Below are positions 49,247 to 58,304 of a stretch of DNA of 64,000 nt, piece after piece. Below the pieces are notes generated by a model. It did no database searches. It was not told where the DNA came from and saw nothing but the letters and a program-made list of their open reading frames with translations. The DNA comes from an uncultured Verrucomicrobiae bacterium. GTDB taxonomy: Bacteria > Verrucomicrobiota > Verrucomicrobiia > Chthoniobacterales > JAFAMB01. The position numbers and the translations under genes were made by a program. Where the stretch lies: the NCBI GenBank assembly GCA_963837955.1, contig CAWIPH010000002.1, positions 3,232,001-3,296,000 on the forward strand, in the 5' to 3' direction. The stretch's first letter is position 1. Every line of letters starts with the position of its first letter.

Positions 49247-51673
49247 TCAGAATCTTATTTTGAATGTGGCCGAGACGTGGAATGGCATCTGTTGAAGGAT
49301 TGCGTCATTTCCGGTAAACGTCGGGTCGATCACGGTGAAGTTCCGCTCGTTGGTGAAGTTGAAGAAGTTCACCTGCACTTCCCAACAAGGCTGCCGATAG
49401 AAGACTTCTGCATTCCAGGTCACCTGAGCGGGAATCTTAAGAGTGCCGCTTAAGTTCGCTTTTTGCTCACCGGTGACTTGTGGTCCAATACCAAAACCAA
49501 GGCCCCAGGGAGTCTTGTAGATTGCGTAGGCGTTGAAATAAATTTTCGGTGTACCAGGCAACGAATAGTTCCCCGTCGGAAAGGTATGAAAGTTTGGGCT
49601 GCCCACGCCGGTTCCGGGTTTGCCATCAACGATAAAGCCGCGCGGGAAAGCATCCAGATAATTACCCGTCTGTTCGAAGGCCGAGCTGATCTGATGATAG
49701 TTGGCTAGCAGATAAGTGAAGTTGCTGACAAAGCTGAATTGTTTGGTCGGCTGGTAATCAAGATCTACCTCCAGACCACGCGAATCAACCTCCGCTCGCT
49801 GTCCGGTAGTGTTGGTTGGGGCCTCAATCCGGGTTTGGTAGAAACCGTCGATGTTGAAGAAGAGCGCTTGCTTGAACAAGGAGACTTTGTATCCGGCCTC
49901 GTACAGCTGGCTCAAGTTATCAAGTAATCCGGAATTGACGGAATGGTTATGCCCGGCCGCATCGTTGTTCGTGGCGTAAACGATCAATCCGCCGAAATTT
50001 GAATCACCCTGGAAACCATTGGTCCGATTATAGGTAACATAGAAAGAGGAGTCTTGGGTCGGTTTCAAAATCAAACTGCCGAAGACCGACCAATTAAATA
50101 CTCGCGCGCCGCTTCCGAGATCGCTTCCGCTGTACCCGATCAGATCCCCCTTCGGAAGTCTTGACTCGCCGTCAACGTAATCGCCACGAACTCCGACCAG
50201 CGAACTGAGGTATTTCGTCCAATCCGTCTGATGCTGATAAAAGATTCCAAGATCATAGACTTGATACTCTCCGGTACCTCCTGCGGTGAAGAAAGGCGCA
50301 CCGTCGTTAATTCCGGCGCTGTAACCCGGATGTCCCTTGATCTGATAACCCCCGAATGCTCCACCTGCACCGATTGATGGCGGTGAGCCGAGTCCAATAT
50401 TCGCTATATTGAAGGTGTTCGGATTCTGTTTCAGATCGTAAGCTGCATACGGTTCAATCGTGAAATCGGAAAACGTTTTCCCCCATTGTGCTCGGAAAGA
50501 GACGCCCGCAATGTCGTTATTCTTTACGGTGCTCTGGAACAAACAAAAATCGTAATCGTGATGCAGTTCCGTCCGGGTATCATACAAGCTCACGCCCGGC
50601 ACCCACTCGTCATATCCGTAGAGTTCGCTCTTTTGGGATTTCAAATGTTCGTAAAACTGATAGTTAACAATCTTCCAGTCCGGTGCCAGGGTCACAGTGG
50701 TAATGAGCTGCAGTGACAATTTGTTACCGCGAGCACTGTCAGCCGGTCCATTCAGTGACTGGTAGCCGTAAATCTTCTTGGTGCCGGTCGGCGTTACCAA
50801 ACCCAGGAAACTACCGTTAGCGAACGGAGCGTAAGGACCGGTGATATACGATCCGTTATCGATCAACGCTTGGGTCGGCCGGTTGAAGCCGTTCACCTCG
50901 TTATCTCGAATCTCATAATATTGCCCGTAAAACTGCATCGTTAACCAGGGAGTCGGAATCCAGGTCAATGCTCCATAGATGTCTTGTTTATCGTCGCGGG
51001 TATTTCGGTAGTAGGTGGTCCCGTCTGTGCCTTCATAGGAGACACGGTAAGCGAGTTGATTCGGAATCAACGGACCAGTACTATCAACTGTCCATTCGTA
51101 GTGGTGCCAGGATTGCCCTCCGCCAGCGACATCACCAATCGTAGTTTCCAGTTGCTCATGGTATCCGTCAAACTGGGGAGCCTTCGTAATAAAGTTTACA
51201 TATCCACCCAAACCACCGCCGGACGGGCCGTAGATGGCTGTCCCCGGACCTTTCAGGATGTCGAGTGACTCCATCTGGTTGAAGCTCGGAACAACGCTAT
51301 TCCGGTAGAAGATCTCGCGTTGTCCGTTCTGAAAAAGTTCCGCATAGATACCGCGGATATAGGGGATTCCATCCAAACCGTATTCGGCAGGGGTATAGGT
51401 ACCGGACGAGAATTGGCCGAGATCTTGCACCGAGAAGATCTGCCGGTCTTCGAGTTGCGCACGAGTAACGATGTTGACCGAGCGCGGCGTGTCGACGATG
51501 CCCATATCCTGGCCAAACACTGAACTAATCGGACGAGCGGTCGGGACAACCTGGTCTTCCGGCGGCACCGCGGTAACCGTGATCTGACTCAGTTGCCCTT
51601 GGTCGCTACCAGAGGCGGGCGATGGCGAAGGGGTTTGGGCTTTGAGCAGCGCAGATCCCGCAGCTAGACACAC
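49247..51673 (-). CDS. TonB-dependent receptor
   Basis: TonB-box-like 'QITVTA', plug 'DTPRSVNIV', 'YIRG', 'ILKGPGTAIYG', beta-barrel, 'NFTNE', C-terminal Phe; true start probably 51735. Confidence 0.9.
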   Translation of the reverse strand: MCLAAGSALLKAQTPSPSPASGSDQGQLSQITVTAVPPEDQVVPTARPISSVFGQDMGIVDTPRSVNIVTRAQLEDRQIFSVQDLGQFSSGTYTPAEYGLDGIPYIRGIYAELFQNGQREIFYRNSVVPSFNQMESLDILKGPGTAIYGPSGGGLGGYVNFITKAPQFDGYHEQLETTIGDVAGGGQSWHHYEWTVDSTGPLIPNQLAYRVSYEGTDGTTYYRNTRDDKQDIYGALTWIPTPWLTMQFYGQYYEIRDNEVNGFNRPTQALIDNGSYITGPYAPFANGSFLGLVTPTGTKKIYGYQSLNGPADSARGNKLSLQLITTVTLAPDWKIVNYQFYEHLKSQKSELYGYDEWVPGVSLYDTRTELHHDYDFCLFQSTVKNNDIAGVSFRAQWGKTFSDFTIEPYAAYDLKQNPNTFNIANIGLGSPPSIGAGGAFGGYQIKGHPGYSAGINDGAPFFTAGGTGEYQVYDLGIFYQHQTDWTKYLSSLVGVRGDYVDGESRLPKGDLIGYSGSDLGSGARVFNWSVFGSLILKPTQDSSFYVTYNRTNGFQGDSNFGGLIVYATNNDAAGHNHSVNSGLLDNLSQLYEAGYKVSLFKQALFFNIDGFYQTRIEAPTNTTGQRAEVDSRGLEVDLDYQPTKQFSFVSNFTYLLANYHQISSAFEQTGNYLDAFPRGFIVDGKPGTGVGSPNFHTFPTGNYSLPGTPKIYFNAYAIYKTPWGLGFGIGPQVTGEQKANLSGTLKIPAQVTWNAEVFYRQPCWEVQVNFFNFTNERNFTVIDPTFTGNDAILQQMPFHVSATFKIRF

Positions 51674-51844
51674 AATACTGACGTAGCGAGTGAAGTTCTT
51701 GGCAGAGAGACCCGAATTCCCGGAAAAGATAGCATAGTTAATTAAGCAAGAATTTTCGTTCCGGACGGCATTATGACTAGGAACGAAAGAGATCGTCTAA
51801 TACCAAGAAAGTTGGTAAAAGCTTACTTCGAAGTTGGTAAATTC

Positions 51845-52185
51845 GGTAGGGACGCGCGTCCGCTTTCTCCATCACGACGCAAGCTTCAGTGCCGCGTCGC
51901 GTGGCAGATCCCGCGGTTCGCGGTCCGACAGGAGCCGGACCCTACCGGTCATGGGCTCCACCAAATCGTCGGTAGGGACGCGCTCCCGCGCGTCCGCTTT
52001 CTCCATCACGACGCAAGCTTCAGTGCCACGTCGCGTGGCAGATCCCGCGGTTCGCGGTCCGACAGGAGCCGGAGACCCTACCGGTCGTGGGTTCTGCCAA
52101 ATCGTCGGTAGGAATGAATTCCTGCGCGTCCGTTGCAGGCGGCGGTACTCCCGATTCGCGGCCTGGCAGCAGCCCGACCTATCGA
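51845..52185. repeat. Tandem array of about 2.5 REPIN/BIME-like units built from inverted GTAG-type REPs
   Basis: Units start with GGTAGG at 51845, 51971 and 52107; each has GGTAGGGACGCG..CGTCCGC and the inverted CGGTCCGACAGGAGCCGG(AG)ACCCTACC; units 1 and 2 nearly identical, unit 3 degenerate. Confidence 0.8.
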
Positions 52186-52190
52186 CACCT

Positions 52191-52634
52191 CTATTTTTTC
52201 CCCTCGGATCGATCCAACCGCTGGACCGTGGGCTCTTTGCCTTCCAACTTCGCAGTGTACGCAGATATGAAGGCGTACGGGTAGGTTTGAACTAGCTGAA
52301 CCTCGGCCGGAAATGATTTGTTTCCATAGGCCGAGACATCGATGACCGTTTGCAGGTTTAATTTATCCTTGTGCTGTTGCACCAGATTCCAAAGTGATAC
52401 GGCATCCTCAGTACCAGCAATCGCGGGATCTCCTGAGAGACTCCAAGTCATTTCTTTTACGTACTGGCGCGCCAGTGCGTCGTCCTGATCAATCGGTCGC
52501 GGACCACCGATCTCCTCGGCGTCAACTACCCGTTGCTTAAAGGGCGTTGGCGTCGGGCTCGCGTCTTGAGCCAAGCCGAACGAACAAAAGCAAACGAGGA
52601 AGAACAATTCACAGGAAAGCAGGAACTGGTTCAT
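52191..52634 (-). CDS. Hypothetical exported protein
   Basis: Signal peptide followed by 'QDASPTPTP'; no recognised domain. Confidence 0.6.
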   Translation of the reverse strand: MNQFLLSCELFFLVCFCSFGLAQDASPTPTPFKQRVVDAEEIGGPRPIDQDDALARQYVKEMTWSLSGDPAIAGTEDAVSLWNLVQQHKDKLNLQTVIDVSAYGNKSFPAEVQLVQTYPYAFISAYTAKLEGKEPTVQRLDRSEGKK

Positions 52635-52702
52635 CCGACTTTATCTTTTTTACCATCGAACCTCTGAGTATTCCAAGCAGCGCTCAAAGGGACGCTGAAA
52701 AT

Positions 52703-53080
52703 TCAGGACTCGGACCGAAAAAAGAATCGACTGAACAACGACCGATTCGTGGCGACGATCCGATACACAAGCTCCACCAACCAGATAAAAGGCGGAACCG
52801 ACAGGAGTCGGGCGATTGGTCCCCATCCTTCGCGTTCGAGAATGAAAAGAGTCGCTCGTCCACCCCGACGAATTGAGCCCTCTCGGTCGATCACGTGGAC
52901 GGCCTCGCTGCATGCTCGATACAGCTCCGCCGTCATTGGAGGAGAAGGAGCCTCCTGGTACCTGACAAACTGAAAATGGTGTTGCCGATCATGCCGCTTA
53001 AGCCAGGCGATTGCACGTGCGCAGAACCCACAGTCACCGTCCCAAAGCACCAGATAGGCGTTTGATTGCATCCTGCTCAA
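52703..53080 (-). CDS. DCC1-like thiol-disulfide oxidoreductase (DUF393)
   Basis: 'WDGDCGFC', 'YRIVATNR'. Confidence 0.85.
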   Translation of the reverse strand: MSRMQSNAYLVLWDGDCGFCARAIAWLKRHDRQHHFQFVRYQEAPSPPMTAELYRACSEAVHVIDREGSIRRGGRATLFILEREGWGPIARLLSVPPFIWLVELVYRIVATNRSLFSRFFFRSES

Positions 53081-53396
53081 GTTTACCTCCGCATCGAGGA
53101 AATTTCATCTGCTCTCGATCAGCACGGAGGGCGCGCACGCGACTCGCGCAAAGCCTGCGTCGCGGCCGACTCGAGCGCTTTGCTCAGAACTTGTCTCCCG
53201 GGCGCGCCGTAGTTTTACGACGCCGCGGCTCGTCCGACATGGCCTTTTGGAAATCTGCTGCAGAATGCTGGGCGCGACGCATCAAAAGCTATGTCGCCTC
53301 CCCGCCCAGGATTTCAGCCCCGGGGATTAAGGGTCAGCGGATTTTAGAAGAGCGAAGCGTTCCGGTCCGCTGGGGCGCACGAACACCCGTTTGCGT

Positions 53397-54482
53397 TTAC
53401 GCAAACACGGAAGGACTTCGTTCCATCCCGGCTAAGGCAACGATTTCACTCACATGGTCGTTACGCACCACGTAGCGATCCTTTCCGTAGATCAAATATT
53501 TACTCTGCTCCACCTCCGGCGTGAAGTTGATGGTCAGGACATTCGCACCCGCCGCGAGGCCGCTGAGCTGTCCGCCACCTTGGCGGCGCTCGAGCGCACT
53601 AACGCTTGGAATCAGCCAGTGTGGATTCATTAAGCGGGCCAGAGCTATGAAATTGAGGGTTACTTCGACATCTCCGGGCGGCAGATGCGCCAACGGCGTG
53701 TCGGGCGCCGGAATGAACGGCGAGCCACTGACCATGTGAGCTCCGACTTCGCGGGCCAAGAGCAGATCATTCACCAAACTCTCCTGGGTTTGGTTGGGCA
53801 GTCCAATAATAGCTCCGGTACCAACTTTATAGCCGAGCCGGACCAGGGTACGCAGGCAAGCCAATCGCTCTTCCAATGAAGCATGCCGCATCCGGGCGTT
53901 TAGCTCGGCATCGCTAGTCTCGTGCTTTAGAATATAGCTCGTGGCGCCCTGGTCCTTGAGAAATGCATATTCTTTCTCGGTCTTGTTACCCAGACAGAGG
54001 AGAAACTCTACTGGCCCAGAAAACATCGCCCGAATTTTCGGGAGTGCATTGCCGACGAGCTGCGTCGTCCTCGAGACCTCGCCCGCTTGTAGGAAAACGA
54101 TATTGATCCCAGCGTCCCGAATGCTAGCGGCAGTTTCCAGAATCTGGTCTTCGTTGAGCTCGAAGATGGTATTCTGTCTGGTGTTGTCGCGGCGCATCGG
54201 GCAAAACTCGCAATTTACCCGGCACAAATTGGTGACTTCGATCAGGCCACGGACCACCACCCGTCGGCCATAGACCCTCTCCCTAGCGGCACGCGCTGCG
54301 GCGAAAAGCTGTTCCTGCGGTTCTCCTCTGACCTGCAGCCAAAAGCCCAAAGTCTCTTTGTTCCAAAAAGAGGAATCGAGCAACGGCGCGAACTCTGAGT
54401 CGAGTTCCGACCGGAGGCCTCGCTCAGGCGCGCGAGGAGCAATCATAGATTCGTTATACATTCTTCCCGTTCCGCTCTCCAC
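53397..54482 (-). CDS. Radical SAM protein, HydE/PylB/BioB-like
   Basis: 'RGLIEVTNLCRVNCEFC', 'LQAGE', 'LKHETSD', 'PFIPAPDTPL', 'GANV...TP...YLIY'. Confidence 0.85.
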   Translation of the reverse strand: MESGTGRMYNESMIAPRAPERGLRSELDSEFAPLLDSSFWNKETLGFWLQVRGEPQEQLFAAARAARERVYGRRVVVRGLIEVTNLCRVNCEFCPMRRDNTRQNTIFELNEDQILETAASIRDAGINIVFLQAGEVSRTTQLVGNALPKIRAMFSGPVEFLLCLGNKTEKEYAFLKDQGATSYILKHETSDAELNARMRHASLEERLACLRTLVRLGYKVGTGAIIGLPNQTQESLVNDLLLAREVGAHMVSGSPFIPAPDTPLAHLPPGDVEVTLNFIALARLMNPHWLIPSVSALERRQGGGQLSGLAAGANVLTINFTPEVEQSKYLIYGKDRYVVRNDHVSEIVALAGMERSPSVFA

Positions 54483-54492
54483 TGCTCTGCCA

Positions 54493-55974
54493 CTAAGCTA
54501 TCGCCAGGACCGGTTCCTCGGCGGCGTACGGTTCGGTATCGTTATATGGATTCAGAGGACCGTCAGCGTACTCTTCGCGCGGATACGGAATGTGGTCTGC
54601 AGCATGGAATTGCTGAGCGATTTCGTCGGCAAAAAACGCCCCGTAGGGAGTCAAACCCAGAGTGACTTCGTCTTCCCGCAATAAACCATAGGATTTCAGT
54701 CGTTCGATCTTCGCCCGGAAAACGTTGTCGAGCGATTCGCCGGAGACTTCTTTGAAGGTAGACTTATAAACGTCCCGATTCTTAATCGGGAGGACAATCG
54801 CCCAGCGCATCTGAGCATCGCGGTCACGGCATTTGCCCCGATTGAGCGGCAACTTGCCCTCCTCAATCAATTTGTAGTATTCGCCAAAGTTTTCTGTGTT
54901 GAGCACGAAACGATCGCGCAAACTGCTAAAGGCGGTGAGACCAAACCCTATCTCGTCAAATAGCTCACAGCATTGGTTATGGGCGTAACAGGAGTAGTGC
55001 TTGCGCTCTTTGGTGAACACTCGACGCAAGTTTTCGTTGTATCCGTTCTCGGCCAGGATATCGATTGCTAGTTGCTTCATCATGATGGTCTCTTCGTTTG
55101 AGACCACCTCATCCGGTCGTTTCTCGATATAATTTTTGATCGGACCTTGATAGTCGCCATACGCCTCGATCTTCAGCCGATAGAGTTGAATCTCCTCGGT
55201 TCCCAAAGTGACCGCCTCTTTCATGACGTCGATCCAATTTTGAATCGTCTCTCCGGGATGACCGAAAATGAACTCGATGTTGACCTGGTAACCAGCTTGC
55301 TGCGAGTTTTCGATCGCTTCCAAAGCCACTTGCTTGTCGTGTGGCCGGTTCATGATCTTGAGCACGCGCGGATCAAGGGACTGGATCCCTAAAGTCAGCC
55401 GATCGGAACCGAAGTCGCGAAGAATCTTCAATCGCTCTAAGCCAATGTCGCCGACCAGGGTAGACGGGTCGACATCCCAATTGAATTGCTCGACTTCAGA
55501 CATGTCGAGCCGCTTGGTAAAGAATTTCAAAAAATGCTTGAGTTGTTCGGGGCTCAAATAGGAAGGAGTTCCTCCACCAACCAGAATCGAACGCGCCTTA
55601 ATCTTGTCGATGCCTAACCGAGCCATGTAGATGTCCATCTCCTTCTCCAGGGCAACAAGATACTGATTCATTTCGGCCTGCTTTTTGCCGAGCATCACCG
55701 GGTAGTGACAGAAAATACAGCGCTGCTTACAGAAAGGGATATGGGCGTAAACGTCGAACTTTCCATCAGCCGGCAAACTGTAGTCACGAAAGAGCTCCTC
55801 CTCGTCGGTTTCGTCGTACATGGTGATAGGCGGGTAGTGCACCGACGGGAAAAAATCGCCATCGCGACAAATCAATCCTTCCTCCCTGAACCGGTTAAAA
55901 TCAGCCACTCGACTGAGTGCTTTTTGAATTAACGAATCTGAAACCTTCAAGTCTTGCCCCAGGGCGGTATTCAT
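54493..55974 (-). CDS. HemN-like (coproporphyrinogen III oxidase family) radical SAM protein
   Basis: 'YAHIPFCKQRCIFCHY', 'GGGTPS', 'RLTLGIQS', 'IFGHPGET'; start set at MNTALG (ORF is open to 56052). Confidence 0.87.
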   Translation of the reverse strand: MNTALGQDLKVSDSLIQKALSRVADFNRFREEGLICRDGDFFPSVHYPPITMYDETDEEELFRDYSLPADGKFDVYAHIPFCKQRCIFCHYPVMLGKKQAEMNQYLVALEKEMDIYMARLGIDKIKARSILVGGGTPSYLSPEQLKHFLKFFTKRLDMSEVEQFNWDVDPSTLVGDIGLERLKILRDFGSDRLTLGIQSLDPRVLKIMNRPHDKQVALEAIENSQQAGYQVNIEFIFGHPGETIQNWIDVMKEAVTLGTEEIQLYRLKIEAYGDYQGPIKNYIEKRPDEVVSNEETIMMKQLAIDILAENGYNENLRRVFTKERKHYSCYAHNQCCELFDEIGFGLTAFSSLRDRFVLNTENFGEYYKLIEEGKLPLNRGKCRDRDAQMRWAIVLPIKNRDVYKSTFKEVSGESLDNVFRAKIERLKSYGLLREDEVTLGLTPYGAFFADEIAQQFHAADHIPYPREEYADGPLNPYNDTEPYAAEEPVLAIA

Positions 55975-56080
55975 AGTGATTAGATGCAACTGAACAGTGC
56001 GCTTGCGCCTTTTCAGAGTCGCCATTTGAGGGATTTTCGAGGAAAAGGTCAAGCCAAGAGAGCCTTCAGGCGGAGCCTGG

Positions 56081-56965
56081 TCAGGCGCTTAAGGCCAGCA
56101 GAAGAGCACCGGGAAAGGCGATGCAAGCACCGGTCACGGCCAAACGGCTTGGTCGCTCATGGAGCCAGAGCACTGCCAACGGTAAGGCGAAAAGGGGCTC
56201 GGTCGCGATCAGCGTATTAGCTATCGAGACATCCAGATTTTTGATCGCGGCCAACGATAGCCAAAATCCGCCGAAAGTGACCACTGCTGTCGCCAAAGCG
56301 AACCTGCCTCGCAAAGCACCTTGCCGGAGAGGTCGAAGCCAAGGAACAATCTTTCGTTGGAGCAGTCCAACCAAAAGTACTCCGGAAAATCCAAATACCA
56401 TCCGCAGAAAAGTTCCTTCCAAAGCCGAGAGGTGCCGGAGACCTACCTTGGCCACAATGATCGATCCGGCCATCGACAGGATGCAAAGCAGGCCGAATAT
56501 CATTCCTGCTCGGGTGCCAGTCTGCTGCTCAGATTCGCGGATGTCGCCAAAAAGAGTGAGCGTTACTCCACTCAAGACCAAGACAATCCCAATCCATGCG
56601 AGAAGACTCGGAAGCTCTCCCAGAATCAGCACGGCCATGAGCACCGTGATCGCCGGACCCAACATCATGATTATGATCAATTGATGCGCACCCAGGCGTT
56701 GGAGCGCCGCAAAGAAAAACGTATCGCCCGCCGAAATCCCTAAAAGTCCACTCAGTGCCAACCAACCAAGCGCGTCGCTTGGCGGCAGCGACCAGCCAAC
56801 AAACAGTAGCAAAATTAAAAGGAGAAGAGAACCAGCGAAACTCTTTATGAAAGTCATGGCGATCGGCGAGAACTGGGCGCCCACGCCTTTGAACAGAATG
56901 GTTCCCACCGCCCAGGAGGCAGCTGAACCCAGCGCGGCAGCTACACCGATAACGTGATCATTCAC
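56081..56965 (-). CDS. EamA/DMT-family transporter
   Basis: About 10 TMs in two repeats, 'GDTFFFAAL', 'LGE', 'EPLFALPLAVLWLHE'. Confidence 0.87.
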   Translation of the reverse strand: MNDHVIGVAAALGSAASWAVGTILFKGVGAQFSPIAMTFIKSFAGSLLLLILLLFVGWSLPPSDALGWLALSGLLGISAGDTFFFAALQRLGAHQLIIIMMLGPAITVLMAVLILGELPSLLAWIGIVLVLSGVTLTLFGDIRESEQQTGTRAGMIFGLLCILSMAGSIIVAKVGLRHLSALEGTFLRMVFGFSGVLLVGLLQRKIVPWLRPLRQGALRGRFALATAVVTFGGFWLSLAAIKNLDVSIANTLIATEPLFALPLAVLWLHERPSRLAVTGACIAFPGALLLALSA

Positions 56966-56972
56966 TCGCGCG

Positions 56973-58133
56973 CTAGGAACCCGCCCGTTTCTTGAAGATC
57001 AACACATAGCGCTGGGGAATGAACTGGTACTGTTCGACCAGATCGAAGCCATAGTAGTAGAGCTGGCCAATGATCAGCTCCTTGGCGATGTGCGGACCAT
57101 GGTAGGGTAGTTTGCCCGCCGGAACCACCGCGTTATCTACCACCACAAACCGCCCGTCCGGCTTCAACGCTTTTTTGATACTATCAATAAATCGATCTTT
57201 CACCTCTTCGGTCGCAGTAGCGTAGATGATGTGATAGAGGGAGCACATGAACACCATGTCGCTGTTGTTGAGCGGCAGATCGGTCGAGTCCGGGCGATCC
57301 TTACGGGTCTCGATATTATTGAGCCCGAACTTTTCCGCGACGTTTTTGACGTAATCGAGATGGGCTTGGACAGTGTCGAGCGCGTATACCTTTCCGTTGT
57401 TTCCAGTCAGCTCGGAGAATTTGAACGTATAGTAACCGGGACCACTACCTACGTCCGCGATAGTCATTCCTGGCGTAATTTTCACGCAGTCGACAATCTT
57501 GCTCGTTTTTTCCCACTCTTCTCGCCGCGGATTATTGAACAGAATAAAATCTTCTAAAAACGCGACTCGCTCCCGCCCCGCTTCATTGTCGGCATCGGAG
57601 AATTTGGTCAGGTGATATTTACGACCCAGGTATTCCTTAAGGTTGGCGTAATCGTTTGCGCTGAAGAACTCAAAAAAGCTGCGGTGGTACCGGTCAGCCA
57701 GCATATCCTGCCGTTGTTGATCGGTGCCCACCAAATAGTCGCAAAACCATTCCAACGCTGTGTATTCCCCGCCGTAGTGCTCGATCGGAACGATCTTGTC
57801 GTAGATCGCCTTGGCCTTCATCGGATCATCAAGGGTCTTACTTTGTAGGGCGGTAAGCAGGAGGCGCCCGGCCTGCGTTCCCTGTTCGGTGATGGTGAAT
57901 GAATCGATGCTCCCAAGGTGAACTAACGAAACTTTGGAAGTGATCTGCGCCGTTTCTGGCGGTGGGACAGAGTCGCTGCCAGCGGCATGCAGAGTGCCAA
58001 TCGCGGAAATCAACGAAATGACTACCCACTGACTTCGAACAAAACTGGATCCGAACATGAATTTAAGAAACGGAAGCTCAAGAATTGGGTGTTGATCTGA
58101 TAATTTCATGGGAAGAAAGCATGGTGCGCACAA
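56973..58133 (-). CDS. SAM-dependent methyltransferase with long N-terminal extension and possible signal peptide
   Basis: 'IADVGSGPGYY', 'VYALD', 'LYHII', 'ALKPDGRFVVVD'; N-terminal 'WVVISLISAIGTLHA'. Confidence 0.8.
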   Translation of the reverse strand: MCAPCFLPMKLSDQHPILELPFLKFMFGSSFVRSQWVVISLISAIGTLHAAGSDSVPPPETAQITSKVSLVHLGSIDSFTITEQGTQAGRLLLTALQSKTLDDPMKAKAIYDKIVPIEHYGGEYTALEWFCDYLVGTDQQRQDMLADRYHRSFFEFFSANDYANLKEYLGRKYHLTKFSDADNEAGRERVAFLEDFILFNNPRREEWEKTSKIVDCVKITPGMTIADVGSGPGYYTFKFSELTGNNGKVYALDTVQAHLDYVKNVAEKFGLNNIETRKDRPDSTDLPLNNSDMVFMCSLYHIIYATATEEVKDRFIDSIKKALKPDGRFVVVDNAVVPAGKLPYHGPHIAKELIIGQLYYYGFDLVEQYQFIPQRYVLIFKKRAGS

Positions 58134-58304
58134 TGAGTAGCGGCCGACTTGATTGGAGCCTTTGCTCTTGAGGAAGCCGCAAACTCGGCCGCCGATAACG
58201 GATTCCTCCGCGGCAGGGAAAAGTGATTAGTCAACGCGTATTACCGATCTGGTAGTGCTTTGATATCTCGCAAGGCGGATAGCGGACTCTCATGAAATAA
58301 TGCG

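Noticed and set aside
51845..52185. CRISPR array
   Set aside because: The sequence between repeats is itself repeated rather than unique spacers, the period is ~130 nt, and there are no cas genes
51773..52295. Plus-strand ORFs 51773..52111 and 51834..52295 with repeated peptides
   Set aside because: They are translations of the palindromic DNA repeat
53081..53396. RiPP precursor for the radical SAM pair (e.g. MRRAQHSAADFQKAMSDEPRRRKTTARPGDKF)
   Set aside because: No well-spaced RBS or leader/core pattern, and neither rSAM shows SPASM or RRE features
53397..54482. Calling the gene hydE, pylB or bioB
   Set aside because: Family resemblance only; pathway partners are absent from the window
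54493..55974. Calling the gene hemN
   Set aside because: The fold family is functionally diverse, there is no haem-synthesis context, and I could not confirm HemN-specific residues
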